DNA of 39,936 nucleotides from a bacterium (GCA_046757525.1 JBHHYI010000015.1:1-39936), one strand, 5' to 3'. Counted from the first letter of the stretch, positions 1 to 9,727 are shown. Program-made: numbers and translations. The notes: generated by a model from the letters alone, not told the origin.

Positions 1-559
1 GGATATCTGGGTATTTGGGGTTCTCCGGCTTGAGGTATTTCTGATTGTCTTGAGCCACAAACCGCTTCACCGTGGTTTCATTGCCGATGAGCGCTACCAC
101 GATGTCGCCGTTGTGGGCGCGTTTGGTGGCCCGGACGATGACCAGGTCATCTTCGTAAATGCCGGCGTCGATCATGCTGTCCCCTTGCACCCGCAGCGCA
201 AAATAATCTCCCCTGGAAGGGAGGAGGTACCTGGGCACCGTGAGGTAACGCTCCACGTTTTCTTCCGCCAACAAGGGCGACCCGGCAGCGACCGTACCTA
301 CCAGCGGCACGCTGTTTTCACCCGGGTTATCGAGAAAGCCCAGGGATTCTAAAATCCGGATGCCTCGCGCCGCGCCCCCTTCTCGCTTGCCGATGTACCC
401 TTTTTTCTCCAAAGCCGTCAGGTGTTTAAGAACGGCATTTTTCGACCGCACCCCCAACGCATCGGCCAACTCCTGCAAAGTCGGAGGGTACCCGACCTCT
501 TTGACCTTTTGCGCGATGAGCTTCAGAACGTTTTTCTGCTTCTGGGTTAAGGCTTTCAT
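1..559 (-). CDS. lexA: SOS repressor LexA (3' end runs off the window; absent from the ORF track)
   Basis: Manual translation from ATG at 559 (RBS AAAGGAA upstream): MKALTQKQKNVLKLIAQKVKEVGYPPTLQELADALGVRSKNAVLKHLTALEKKGYI...VPLVGTVAAGSPLLAEEN...FALRVQGDSMIDAGIYEDDLVIV...VVALIGNETTVKRF...LKPENPKYPDI. Winged HTH, Ala-Gly cleavage site (VAAG), catalytic Ser (GDSM) and Lys (TVKR) are all present. Confidence 0.97.
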   Translation of the reverse strand, partial: MKALTQKQKNVLKLIAQKVKEVGYPPTLQELADALGVRSKNAVLKHLTALEKKGYIGKREGGAARGIRILESLGFLDNPGENSVPLVGTVAAGSPLLAEENVERYLTVPRYLLPSRGDYFALRVQGDSMIDAGIYEDDLVIVRATKRAHNGDIVVALIGNETTVKRFVAQDNQKYLKPENPKYPDI

Positions 560-618
560 GACATTTCCTTTCTGTTTGTTCTTAAGATCGATCTCACAAA
601 TAGGTGAACGAATAGATA

Positions 619-668
619 AGGTGATTTAATGATCACCTAAAGATAGCAAACGAAATTGCAAAAGTCAA
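619..668 (-). promoter_or_regulatory. lexA sigma70 promoter plus inverted repeat (candidate LexA operator)
   Basis: Minus strand TTGACT (668-663)-N17-TATCTT (645-640) with extended-10 TG. The palindrome AGGTGAT-N6-ATCACCT at 619-638 covers the expected +1. Confidence 0.6.
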
Positions 669-680
669 GGATAATTTTGC

Positions 681-709
681 TTGCAATAGAAGTTTCAAAA
701 TGGTATTTT
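681..709 (+). promoter_or_regulatory. possible sigma70 promoter for ridA
   Basis: TTGCAA (681-686)-N17-TATTTT (704-709) preceded by TGn, divergent from the lexA promoter. Confidence 0.35.
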
Positions 710-771
710 CGATTTTGTTGCATCTAATTTTCACGGCTGCCAATCTGGTACACTCAGGAGGATTCTTAACC

Positions 772-1158
772 ATGTCCCTAAAAGCCATTTCAACCACCAG
801 GGCTCCTCAGGCCATCGGGCCTTATTCACAAGCCATTCGGTCAGGCGGTTTTCTATTTATCTCCGGGCAAATTTCTCTCGACCCTGAATCTGGTGAGATC
901 ATCTCGGGGGATATTCAAACCCAAACCCAACGCGTCATGGAAAACATCAAAGCCGTAGTGGAGGCCGCCGGCACTTCGCTGGCAGCCATCGTAAAAACCA
1001 CAATCTATTTGAAAAGCTTGGACGATTTTAGTGCCGTCAATGAGGTGTACGGGAGTTATTTTGCCGAGAATCCGCCTGCCCGCGCCACCGTGGAGGTCTC
1101 GGGTCTGCCAAAAGGCGTGGGTGTGGAAATTGAGGCGATTGCAAATGTAAGCCATTGA
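772..1158 (+). CDS. ridA: RidA/YjgF/UK114 family enamine/imine deaminase
   Basis: [33 protein letters not shown] motifs. Start moved to ATG 772 behind the AGGAGG RBS. Confidence 0.93.
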   Translation: MSLKAISTTRAPQAIGPYSQAIRSGGFLFISGQISLDPESGEIISGDIQTQTQRVMENIKAVVEAAGTSLAAIVKTTIYLKSLDDFSAVNEVYGSYFAENPPARATVEVSGLPKGVGVEIEAIANVSH

Positions 1159-1378
1159 CCGACGTACTTCACCGGCGCAACACCATTCTACGACAAAAAA
1201 AGAATCTTAAACGAGTTTAAATCGTATCATAATTAAATTCGAGAATGGGAAAATAGCTCCAATGTTTCAAATCTGTTTTGGTGTCTTTCCCTGTCATGAA
1301 TCTTTTATTGGTGTTTTCAGGACGGCTTTTATTTTAGCTCTTTGGGAGTAATTTTGCTGATTTCTTGGTTTAAAAATA

Positions 1379-1407
1379 TTGTATTTACTCCTTTTATTTT
1401 GTATATT
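1379..1407 (+). promoter_or_regulatory. sigma70-like promoter of the mla operon
   Basis: TTGTAT-N17-TATATT in an AT-rich intergenic region. Confidence 0.4.
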
Positions 1408-1450
1408 AAATTCTTTTGAATTTTGATATTTAACCTTAAGAACACATTAC

Positions 1451-2224
1451 ATGACCTACGTTTTTCGCCTGCTAGGCAAGCGAGCTTATCATTTTTTCTA
1501 CCATCTGGGGAGCTTTGGGGACTATGTCTGGCAGACGCTCAGAGCGTTGGGCGACGTAAAAACCTATTCCAAACTAGTCGCTCCGCAGATGATGCGAATC
1601 GGCATTGAGTCGATTCCTGTGATTGTTTACATTGCTGCGTTTGCGGGCATGGTCACGGCCATTCAGAGCGCTGAGAATTTTACGGATTTTGTTCCTTTAT
1701 ATATTATTGGCCTGGTGGTTGAGAAGGGGGTGCTGCGGGAACTTGCGGCCGTACTCAGCGCGCTGGTTCTGGCCGGACGCGTTGGAGCCGCCATTGCCGC
1801 TGAGATCGGGACCATGCGCGTGACCGAACAGATCGATGCGCTGGAAACGCTGGCTTTTAATCCGGTGTCGTATCTGATTGTGCCGCGCGTCATTTCAGGC
1901 ACCATCATGTTCCCGGTTCTTACGGTGTTTGCAGCGTTGGTCGGCGTGTTTGCAGGGTGGCTGACGGCCATCAGCGTGATGGATGTGACCACGTTTGAAT
2001 TCTTCAAAGGCGCCAAAATGTTTTTTGTCAACAAAGACGTGATTCTGCCTTTGGCCAAGTCGACGCTTTTTGGTGCAGCCGTGACCATGGTGGCCTGTTA
2101 TCAAGGATTCACGTCAAAAGGAGGCGCCGAAGGGGTGGGAATTGCTGCTACGAACTCCGCAGTTATTTCTTGCTTGTTGATTTTGTTTTTAGATTTTCTG
2201 CTGGCCGCACTCGTACTGTTTTAA
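1451..2224 (+). CDS. mlaE: MlaE-family ABC permease (lipid asymmetry/Mce)
   Basis: RELAAVLSALVLAGRVGAAIAAEIGTMRVTEQIDALETL and GGAEGVG signatures, multiple TM segments. Confidence 0.93.
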   Translation: MTYVFRLLGKRAYHFFYHLGSFGDYVWQTLRALGDVKTYSKLVAPQMMRIGIESIPVIVYIAAFAGMVTAIQSAENFTDFVPLYIIGLVVEKGVLRELAAVLSALVLAGRVGAAIAAEIGTMRVTEQIDALETLAFNPVSYLIVPRVISGTIMFPVLTVFAALVGVFAGWLTAISVMDVTTFEFFKGAKMFFVNKDVILPLAKSTLFGAAVTMVACYQGFTSKGGAEGVGIAATNSAVISCLLILFLDFLLAALVLF

Positions 2225-2242
2225 ACGGAGAGGGAAGCAACT

Positions 2243-3022
2243 ATGTTGTCAAATCAAAATGCCAATGGTTCAAGGATGATCGAAATATACGATTTGCACA
2301 AAAGCTTTGAGGACAATGAAGTGCTCAGAGGGGTAAATTTAGCCATCGGCAAAGGCCACACAACCGCAATTATTGGCAGCAGCGGTTGTGGGAAAAGTGT
2401 CCTGCTCAAACACATCATGGGTTTAATGAAGCCCGACCGGGGATGCGTTTATCTCACTGGAAGCTGCATTACCAATTTGAGCTACCAGGAATTGAAAACC
2501 GTGCGCAAGCAGATGGCCATGGTTTTTCAAGGCGCGGCGCTATTCGATTCCATGACCGTTGCTGAGAATGTTGGCATCGGTTTGTACAATCACACCACTT
2601 TTTCCATGAAAGAGATTCGAGAGCGAGTCAGTTACTGCTTGAATCAGGTGGGACTGAGCGGAATAGAGGATTTATCCCCGGCGGAACTGAGCGGCGGCAT
2701 GAAAAAAAGGGTCGCCATCGCCCGGGCCATCGCCATGGAACCCAAAATTTTGTTGTATGATGAACCGACCACGGGCCTGGACCCCATTCGTGCCAATTCG
2801 ATAAACGATTTGATCGTGAGTTTGCAAGACAAATTGGATGTTACTTCCGTGGTCGTCACCCATGACATGAACAGTGTAGAACGCGTGGCCGATTGTGTGG
2901 CCTTCCTCTACAACGGGGCTATTCACTTTGAGGGGAGCGTCGATGAACTTCAAAATTCAAAAGATGTGGCCCTTCGCAATTTCGTAGAAGGGGTCGACGA
3001 GTTAGACAGATTTGCAGCCTAA
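2243..3022 (+). CDS. mlaF: MlaF-family ABC ATP-binding protein
   Basis: Walker A GSSGCGKS, LSGGMKKRVAIARA, YDEPTTGLDP; lies between mlaE and mlaD. The true start may be the later ATG (MIEI). Confidence 0.92.
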   Translation: MLSNQNANGSRMIEIYDLHKSFEDNEVLRGVNLAIGKGHTTAIIGSSGCGKSVLLKHIMGLMKPDRGCVYLTGSCITNLSYQELKTVRKQMAMVFQGAALFDSMTVAENVGIGLYNHTTFSMKEIRERVSYCLNQVGLSGIEDLSPAELSGGMKKRVAIARAIAMEPKILLYDEPTTGLDPIRANSINDLIVSLQDKLDVTSVVVTHDMNSVERVADCVAFLYNGAIHFEGSVDELQNSKDVALRNFVEGVDELDRFAA

Positions 3023-3039
3023 ATACAGGAGACTGATAA

Positions 3040-3954
3040 ATGCGCAAAGTTAGTTCAGAGGTTGCCGCAGGCGTTGCAATCTTTTTGGCCTTTGTAATTT
3101 TTGTGACGGGCTATTTGTACCTCAAAGACCTTCCTTTTCGTGGTGGCCGATTCAGAGTAACCGCGCATTTTGCCGACGTCACCGGATTAGAGAAAAGCGA
3201 TTTCGTGAGTGTCTCCGGCCTCAAAATAGGCAGAGTAAAGAGTTTGCACTTGAAAGGCCTTGAAGTTTTAGCAATTTTAGAATTTAATCCCGGGGTTGAG
3301 CTGCCCAGAGATTCCCGGGCTCGCATTAAGAGCATCGGCATGGTTGGGGAGAAATTCATAGACATTATTCCAGGCACCTCCAAAGAGCTGTTGCAAGAAG
3401 GTGATGTGATCGAAGGTAGCAATTCTGGTGATATCACAGATTTGAGCACGACCATGGAAGGCTTGATGGGCCAGGCACAACAACTCATCACCCGTCTCAC
3501 GTCCTTGCTGGACATCGTGTTCGACAATGAAACGCAGAAAAACCTCAAGGAAAGCATCTACCACCTCCGGAACGTGGCAGCGGCTTTAGACAAGAATTCC
3601 GACCGTACTGCTGTGCATTTGCAGAATGTTTTGGCCAACTTAGATAGCCTTTCCACTGTTTTTAACGAGTTGTTTGTTGATCGAAGAGAATCGCTAAAGA
3701 CGTCGCTCGATAACTTTAATCACGCTTCCGCCAGCTTTCAGACCATTACCGACAAACTGGACACTTCTCTCAACAGCATGCAGACCTTGCTGGCCAAAAT
3801 CGAAAACCAGGACGGGGCGTTGGGCAAAGTGATTGCGAGCGACGATTTGTACAACGACATCAGGCACCTGACCGCTGAATTAGACGATTTGGTGCAAGAC
3901 TTGAAAAAACGTCCGCAGCGGTATGTCAATTTAGGATTCATCAAGATCTTTTGA
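3040..3954 (+). CDS. mlaD: MlaD/MCE domain protein with long helical C-terminus
   Basis: N-terminal TM, GL...V.VSGLKIGRV and SRARIKSIGMVGEKFIDIIPG MCE pattern, GALGK...DLY...LVQDLKKRPQRY tail. Confidence 0.9.
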   Translation: MRKVSSEVAAGVAIFLAFVIFVTGYLYLKDLPFRGGRFRVTAHFADVTGLEKSDFVSVSGLKIGRVKSLHLKGLEVLAILEFNPGVELPRDSRARIKSIGMVGEKFIDIIPGTSKELLQEGDVIEGSNSGDITDLSTTMEGLMGQAQQLITRLTSLLDIVFDNETQKNLKESIYHLRNVAAALDKNSDRTAVHLQNVLANLDSLSTVFNELFVDRRESLKTSLDNFNHASASFQTITDKLDTSLNSMQTLLAKIENQDGALGKVIASDDLYNDIRHLTAELDDLVQDLKKRPQRYVNLGFIKIF

Positions 3955-4283
3955 TGCAGCCTGTCGAGGTCAAAAAAATAGGGCCCAATGTGTTAGCCAT
4001 CGATTGGGATGACGGCCACAAAAGTGTTTTCGCCATGGATGGGCTCAGGAAAAGCTGCCCGTGTGCTACCTGCCGTGCGGCCAGGGCTTCGCAGCAGAAC
4101 AGTCCATTGAGGGTACTTTCGGCCAGCGAAACCATTCCCGATGACCTGGAGCTAAGGGAGGCTGAAATCGTTGGCCGTTACGCCATCCAATTTCGTTGGA
4201 GCGATGGTCACGATACCGGAATCTACTCTTTCAACTTCTTGAGACAACTTTGTCAGTGTGATTTGTGTAAACCCAAACATTGA
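3954..4283 (+). CDS. DUF971 / gamma-butyrobetaine hydroxylase N-terminal-like metal-binding protein
   Basis: LAIDWDDGH, LRKSCPCATC, VGRYAIQFRWSDGHDTGIYSF; TGATG overlap with mlaD. Confidence 0.85.
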   Translation: MQPVEVKKIGPNVLAIDWDDGHKSVFAMDGLRKSCPCATCRAARASQQNSPLRVLSASETIPDDLELREAEIVGRYAIQFRWSDGHDTGIYSFNFLRQLCQCDLCKPKH

Positions 4284-4429
4284 GCTTGCCGGCAAAGTCT
4301 ATTCTGCAAAAACAACCGCCTCTCATCGACGCGGGGTCAGAATTTGTGTTGCTCGTACGGTTCCGGGTGTAACTTATCGGATGACAAAGCGTAAATGACT
4401 GGGAGTCAGGCAAACCCGCAAGTGTTCTC

Positions 4430-5347
4430 ATGAAAGCCATTGAAACCGTTCAACTAACCAAAAAATTCAGCCGCGGTAAGATCACCGCCTTGCACGAAGT
4501 TTCCATCTCAGTTGACCAAGGCATCATTTTTGGGCTGCTGGGGCCCAACGGCGCCGGCAAAACCACGATGGTTAAAATCTTGCTGGGCATTCTCTTTCCG
4601 AATTCCGGATCGGCTAACATTCTGGGACATCCCGTTCACAGATACAGAATCAAAGAAAAGATTGGCTACCTTCCTGAAAACCACCGCTATCCCGATTTTC
4701 TTAGAGGCGGGGAATTGCTTGATTATTTGGCTAAATTAGCAGGGGTCAAGAAACACCGTCGGGCTGAAAACAGAGAGCGGCTTTTGAAACTGGTCAATAT
4801 GGAAAAATGGCAGACGACGAAGTTGAAGAAATATTCCAAAGGCATGTTGCAGCGGCTGGGGTTAGCTCAGGCCATGATGAACGATCCGGAGATTTTGTTC
4901 CTCGATGAGCCCACCGATGGGGTGGACCCCATTGGTCGCAAGGAGATTCGAGACATTCTTCAGCGCCTCAAAGACGAGGGCCGGACCATCTTTCTGAACT
5001 CACACCTGCTCTCCGAAGTGGAGATGATCTGTGACGAAGTCGCCATTTTGGACAAGGGGAGACTGGTGCAGCGGGGCACGGTTGCAGAGCTCACCGCCGA
5101 GACCAAAGTCTACCGGATCGAGACCTCTAAGGTCCCCACTGAAGTGGCAGAAGAGGTAAAATCAAAAGCTATGAAGTTGGAACAACACAATGGGTTTTTG
5201 CAGGTCACCGTCTCGAGCATCAAAAAACTCAATGCCATAATCGATGACCTGCGGACAAACAGCATCGAAATAAGAGCGCTGGTGCCGCATAAACACAGCC
5301 TGGAAGAAAGCTTCATCGAGATCTTAAAAAAAGACGTCGTAGAGTAA
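4430..5347 (+). CDS. ABC-2 type exporter ATP-binding subunit
   Basis: GPNGAGKTT, YSKGMLQRLGLAQA, LDEPTDGVDP, SHLLSEVE. Confidence 0.93.
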   Translation: MKAIETVQLTKKFSRGKITALHEVSISVDQGIIFGLLGPNGAGKTTMVKILLGILFPNSGSANILGHPVHRYRIKEKIGYLPENHRYPDFLRGGELLDYLAKLAGVKKHRRAENRERLLKLVNMEKWQTTKLKKYSKGMLQRLGLAQAMMNDPEILFLDEPTDGVDPIGRKEIRDILQRLKDEGRTIFLNSHLLSEVEMICDEVAILDKGRLVQRGTVAELTAETKVYRIETSKVPTEVAEEVKSKAMKLEQHNGFLQVTVSSIKKLNAIIDDLRTNSIEIRALVPHKHSLEESFIEILKKDVVE

Positions 5348-6190
5348 ATGAAAACGCTACTCAAAATCTGGGCAATCATAGGCCACACTTTCCGTGAGTC
5401 GGTGGCCAAGAAGACCTTCATCGTATTTTTCATTCTTTCCACCTTGACCCACCTGTTTTTTCTATTTGCCATAGACGTCAACCTGGTGAATAGTGCCCAG
5501 GCGATGGTGCAGATTTTTGGGCAGAGCGTTGGCAAAAATCAACAGATCGATGTGCACAAGATGATCATTGTCATCGAGTCGTTTGTGGCTGTCTTTTTCG
5601 CCTTTGTCGGGGGCATCTTTTTTTCAATATTTGCCACCGCCAGCTTAGTTCCCTCCATGCTTGAAAAGGGCAACATTGAAATCCTGCTGTCCAAGCCACT
5701 CTCCAGAACGCAGATTTTCCTGGGCCGGTTTCTCGGGGCGCAGTCCATTATGGTTTTGAATGTTTTATATTTGATTGGCGGCACCTGGCTCATCTTATCC
5801 CTGAAGACGAACTTTTGGTATTTTCCTTTTCTGTACTCCATTCCGATGGTCGTCGGAGCTTTTGCCTTGATGTACGCATTCATGGCGTTAGTCGGCCTGC
5901 TTACCCGCAGCGCCGGTGTTTCTATTATGGTAGCCTACGCCGCGCTTCTTTTCAGCGCCATATTCACGCCGAATAAGGAAAAGTTCTACGCCCTGCTATC
6001 GCAGAAACTTTATCTGGTTTTTGACAGCCTTTACCAGATTCTGCCCAAGACCTACGACTTAGGAGTCATAACATTTTCTCTGGTAAACAACAAATCATTT
6101 CCGGGCTGGACCGCCCTGTGGACCTCGGGCATTGCTGGCCTTGTGATGCTTGTGGCTTCCTGTTTTTATTTTTCAAAAAAGGATTATTAA
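5348..6190 (+). CDS. ABC-2 type exporter permease
   Basis: About 6 TM segments, EKGNIEILLSKPLSRTQIFLGRFLG motif, C-terminal FSKKDY; abuts the ATPase gene. Confidence 0.88.
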   Translation: MKTLLKIWAIIGHTFRESVAKKTFIVFFILSTLTHLFFLFAIDVNLVNSAQAMVQIFGQSVGKNQQIDVHKMIIVIESFVAVFFAFVGGIFFSIFATASLVPSMLEKGNIEILLSKPLSRTQIFLGRFLGAQSIMVLNVLYLIGGTWLILSLKTNFWYFPFLYSIPMVVGAFALMYAFMALVGLLTRSAGVSIMVAYAALLFSAIFTPNKEKFYALLSQKLYLVFDSLYQILPKTYDLGVITFSLVNNKSFPGWTALWTSGIAGLVMLVASCFYFSKKDY

Positions 6191-6207
6191 GAATTAGGAG
6201 GTGTTTT

Positions 6208-7227
6208 ATGAAGATGAGAAATCTCACGTTGGTTCTCTTGTTGGCATTCTTAGTATGCTTGAACTGTACAGACGAGCAAGCCCAGGGTGTGGTGTCGAAA
6301 CCGGCTTCTAAAATCAGCGGTCTGGCTTTGATGCCGGTGCACACGAATATCGTGTTCTACACCAATTTTGAAAATCTCAAGCAGACCCCCTTTGGGAATG
6401 AGTTAAGAGCAAAGTTTGAAGACCATGTTAATCTCGAAGAGGACGACGCTGACTACCGAGATTTTGTTGAAAAGACAGGGTTTGATTGGAATCGAAATAT
6501 GCAGGAAATGTGGATCAGCACCATCGCAGTGCAGGAGGGCAAAAGCCAGGGCGGTGCCATCGTCCAGGCAAAATTCAATAAGGACAGAATACTCGATTAT
6601 CTCCGGACAGAGCATCGGCACAAATTTGAAAAAGATTCCTACAAAGGCTTTGATATTTATGTGTCAAATGATCACGATGAAAATGCCCTGGCATTCTTGA
6701 ATTCAGAAACGGTGGCGGTCGGCAAACAGCAATGGCTGGAGATGGTCCTCGACCAGAAGAAATCAAGCCGGAAAAACGTCTTGAACAATGCTGAGATGAC
6801 CGAGCTGGTGAACCGGGTTCCTGAAAACAGCCAAATCTGGGGCGTGTTCAATCTCGAGAAAATTACCGACGAATGGGCCGAGCACATTCGAAAAAGTGGG
6901 TCTCATTTCAAAGGTTCAAAATCTCTGGAAAACATCGAATCGTTGATTTTTTACTCACAAGTCGGTCAGAAAGCCAACACCACCGTCGAAGGCAACTTTA
7001 GCACCAATGAACAGGCCCAGCTTTTGGCCGACATGTTAAACGGCTTCAAGGCCATGGCCAAGCTCGCCGTCATGGACGACCGGGAGGCGATCGACATGTT
7101 GAACGAGATTAAGATCAATGTCGAAGGCGAAAGACTGAAGATCAACGCCAACCTGGATCAAGCCTTCTTTGACAAGTTAGAGAAAAACAAGAAGAAGTTC
7201 GGTTCTAAGAACCTGGACTGGATGTAG
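6208..7227 (+). CDS. exported/lipoprotein hypothetical protein
   Basis: ATG 6208 behind AGGAGG, signal-like MKMRNLTLVLLLAFLVCLNC. Long ORF co-oriented with the ABC genes; no family recognised with confidence. Confidence 0.7.
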   Translation: MKMRNLTLVLLLAFLVCLNCTDEQAQGVVSKPASKISGLALMPVHTNIVFYTNFENLKQTPFGNELRAKFEDHVNLEEDDADYRDFVEKTGFDWNRNMQEMWISTIAVQEGKSQGGAIVQAKFNKDRILDYLRTEHRHKFEKDSYKGFDIYVSNDHDENALAFLNSETVAVGKQQWLEMVLDQKKSSRKNVLNNAEMTELVNRVPENSQIWGVFNLEKITDEWAEHIRKSGSHFKGSKSLENIESLIFYSQVGQKANTTVEGNFSTNEQAQLLADMLNGFKAMAKLAVMDDREAIDMLNEIKINVEGERLKINANLDQAFFDKLEKNKKKFGSKNLDWM

Positions 7228-7338
7228 CTGTTTGTTAGCAGTAGAAAGCAAGGTACTCATAATCAAGAATATGTTGATGGGCTGAAAAGAATTAAACCAC
7301 GAAGTACACGAGGAGCACGAAGTGGAATCCGTCAACCG

Positions 7339-7507
7339 CCCATGGGCCTCAACCTAAGCTCTCAAACTGTCATTTCGAGTCAGGCGGCTGCCTGACGAGA
7401 AATCTGGTTTGTGCCAAATCAGACCCCTCGACTACGTCCGGCAACTGCCGGACTCCGCTCGGGGTGACAATATGGTGGTTAGACGCCCCTTAAGTTGACG
7501 CCTAGGG
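7339..7507. repeat. nested REP/MITE-like palindromic element
   Basis: Outer IR GGCCTCAACCTAAG / CTTAAGTTGACGCC (12/14 match). Inner TGTCATTTCGAG (7368-7379) / CTCGGGGTGACA (7458-7469). Three internal hairpins at 7379-7396, 7403-7423 and 7436-7453. Lies between convergent genes. Confidence 0.7.
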
Positions 7508-7631
7508 GCAACCGCCGGCCTGACTTACCTGAAATTAGCCAATGTGTCAGTAGGACTTCTGATTAATTTTAATGTCGAACTTCTGAAGGACGGTGGCATT
7601 ATCGATTTCTCAAAACAAAAATGTAACCCCC

Positions 7632-9422
7632 CTACGCCTCCCCTACCAGACTTTCTAATTCGTTGAGCAGAGAGGTAACGACTTTAAACCCTCCTTGCCA
7701 GAAATCTGCTTGGTTCATGTCCATGTTCATGGCTTGCAGCAGGTCTGCGGGCCAATTGGAATCGCCTGCGGCTAACAACTGGCGATAGCGGGGAATGAAG
7801 GCCTGACCCTCTTCTTCGTAGCGGTTGAACAGGGCCAGGACCAGCAAGGCGCCAAAGGTGTAGGCGTAGCAGTAGAAGCGCGTGTGAATGAAGTGAGGAA
7901 TCACGGCCCAGAACCACTTTTCCTCAGGGAGAAAATCGACCGAGTCGCCGTAGAGCGCTTCCCGGCGTTTCAGCCACATCTGGCAGAGCTCTTCTGCGCT
8001 GAGACGCCGTTTGCCCCCTTCGAGATGGGCATCCAGCTCGAAATAAGTGTACATGGTCTGCCGGAAAATGGTGCCAAAATAGTCCTCGAGCTTGGAAGCG
8101 ATGATTTGCTTGCGGGTCTCCGGTTCTTTCTCTTCGGCCAGAAGCTTGCGCGTGAGCAGCATTTCCGCAAACACAGAGGCGGTTTCTGCCAGCACCAGAG
8201 GCGGGTGGTAGGTGAGGAGCGATTGCTGCTCGCCAGCCAGAACATCGTGCAGGGCGTGGCCAAGCTCATGGGCCAGGGTGTAAACGCTGTTCAAGTCATC
8301 CACGTAGTTCATGAGAACGTACGGGTGCAACGAAGGTACGATGCCGTAACAAAACGCGCCGCCGCGTTTGCCCGGCCGGATTTCCGCGTCGATCCAATGC
8401 TCGCTAAACGCGCGTTCAATTATCTTTCCGAATTCAACAGAAAACTCGTGGAAACTGTCCAAAACCAGGGCCTTGCCTTCCTCAAATGGCACCACCCGTT
8501 TCGATTTGGAAATGGGCGCGTACAGGTCGCTGCCACGCAGTTTGGGGATGCCCAGCAGCTTTGCTTTGAGGTGACAATAGCGCTGCACCAGCGGGTAGTG
8601 CTCGGCAGTCACTTGCATCATGGTGTCGACCACGGCTTGCGGCACTTTGTTGCGCAGGTAGGTCGGCTGGATGGGACTCTGGTAGCTGCGCAACTCCATT
8701 TCAACGGCGTGGTCTTTGATCAGGTTGCCGAAAATGTTGGTGAAGATCAGAGCGTTGTCGCCGTATTTGCCGTCGTGCGCGGCTTTGGCGCGTTTGCGCA
8801 GGTCGGCATCCGGGTGGCGTGCCAGTTCGCGGATCTCACTCTGGGTCAGGGTCCTGGTTTCGCCGTCGATCTCGAGCTGCCAGTCAAACGTGGCGGTGAA
8901 TTCGTCAAACAGGTTCACGAAGGCGGTTTTGCCGCTGAGATTTTTGTGGTTGATGATCTGCTCTTCCCTTTCGTTGAGCATGTACGGCGTGAACACCCGC
9001 AGCGACTCGAGGTAGTTTTTGTAGTGGCCGAGTTTGTCGTCAGCGTAAAACTCAGCTATTCTGGAGTCTGAAATCTTCTGGATTTCCAGGGCGAAGAACA
9101 ACGTGCTGTTTTCGATGCGAGTCATGGCATCCTGCACGCGGGCCAGCAGTGCCTTGTAGGTTTCCGATCGGCCATCGCCGGCAAAAATCAGAGCGGACAT
9201 GGCGTAAGGTCGGTAGATTCTCTCTAACAGCGATTCGTAATCTTTGAGGGCCGCCAGCAGGCGATCCAGGGGGCAGCTTTCGTCTGCAATCTTGCCGTAA
9301 TACTTATCGTTGAATTTCTCGCCGTGCTTGATGGCGCTGTCAATGTCGGCACCGATTTGTGGATCGGCGTCCGATGTGTAGAGCTCCTGCAGATTCCAGA
9401 CGATTCCTTTAGCCTTCTCCAT
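7632..9422 (-). CDS. pepF: M3B family oligoendopeptidase F
   Basis: WNLQELY N-terminus, GKRGGAFC, TLAHELGHALH zinc motif, LAETASVFAE, WAVIPHF, FYCYAYTFG. Confidence 0.93.
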   Translation of the reverse strand: MEKAKGIVWNLQELYTSDADPQIGADIDSAIKHGEKFNDKYYGKIADESCPLDRLLAALKDYESLLERIYRPYAMSALIFAGDGRSETYKALLARVQDAMTRIENSTLFFALEIQKISDSRIAEFYADDKLGHYKNYLESLRVFTPYMLNEREEQIINHKNLSGKTAFVNLFDEFTATFDWQLEIDGETRTLTQSEIRELARHPDADLRKRAKAAHDGKYGDNALIFTNIFGNLIKDHAVEMELRSYQSPIQPTYLRNKVPQAVVDTMMQVTAEHYPLVQRYCHLKAKLLGIPKLRGSDLYAPISKSKRVVPFEEGKALVLDSFHEFSVEFGKIIERAFSEHWIDAEIRPGKRGGAFCYGIVPSLHPYVLMNYVDDLNSVYTLAHELGHALHDVLAGEQQSLLTYHPPLVLAETASVFAEMLLTRKLLAEEKEPETRKQIIASKLEDYFGTIFRQTMYTYFELDAHLEGGKRRLSAEELCQMWLKRREALYGDSVDFLPEEKWFWAVIPHFIHTRFYCYAYTFGALLVLALFNRYEEEGQAFIPRYRQLLAAGDSNWPADLLQAMNMDMNQADFWQGGFKVVTSLLNELESLVGEA

Positions 9423-9727
9423 ATTGACTCCAGTTAAATGAGTTTGTTACCCCGAACCGTTCACAAACCGCAAAGACGCGGTGGTTAAATATTAGGAGTT
9501 TAGTGAGAACAATGCACTTTAACTTCAACCTGTGTTTTTCAGTTCCAGGGAACCGTGGCTATTTTCGCCCTGAGGGCAAGGCTGATCGATGTTGCCAGAA
9601 TGGCAGCTTCAGGTTTGTCAACTTTTCTCACTTATTTGGACGCCTGACATATTGTGTGCCCTGGAGTGCCGGTCCTCGGTTTTTACTAATGATTTAATTT
9701 TAAACATCTTAGGTAAACAAAATGGCC

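Noticed and set aside
50..629. Plus-strand ORFs 50-352 and 360-629
   Set aside because: Antisense shadows of lexA with no recognisable motifs.
7884..9071. 395-aa plus-strand ORF
   Set aside because: Entirely antisense to pepF; explained by codon bias, no motifs or RBS.
9448..9487. CCCGAACCGTTCACAAACC resembling the 3' part of a c-di-AMP (ydaO) riboswitch
   Set aside because: The upstream conserved GGGGGA/GGGGTGAATC elements are missing, the match is poor, and the upstream space is occupied by pepF.
9645..9672. GAGTGCC as a possible CIRCE half-site upstream of clpB
   Set aside because: No GCACTC arm 9 nt upstream.
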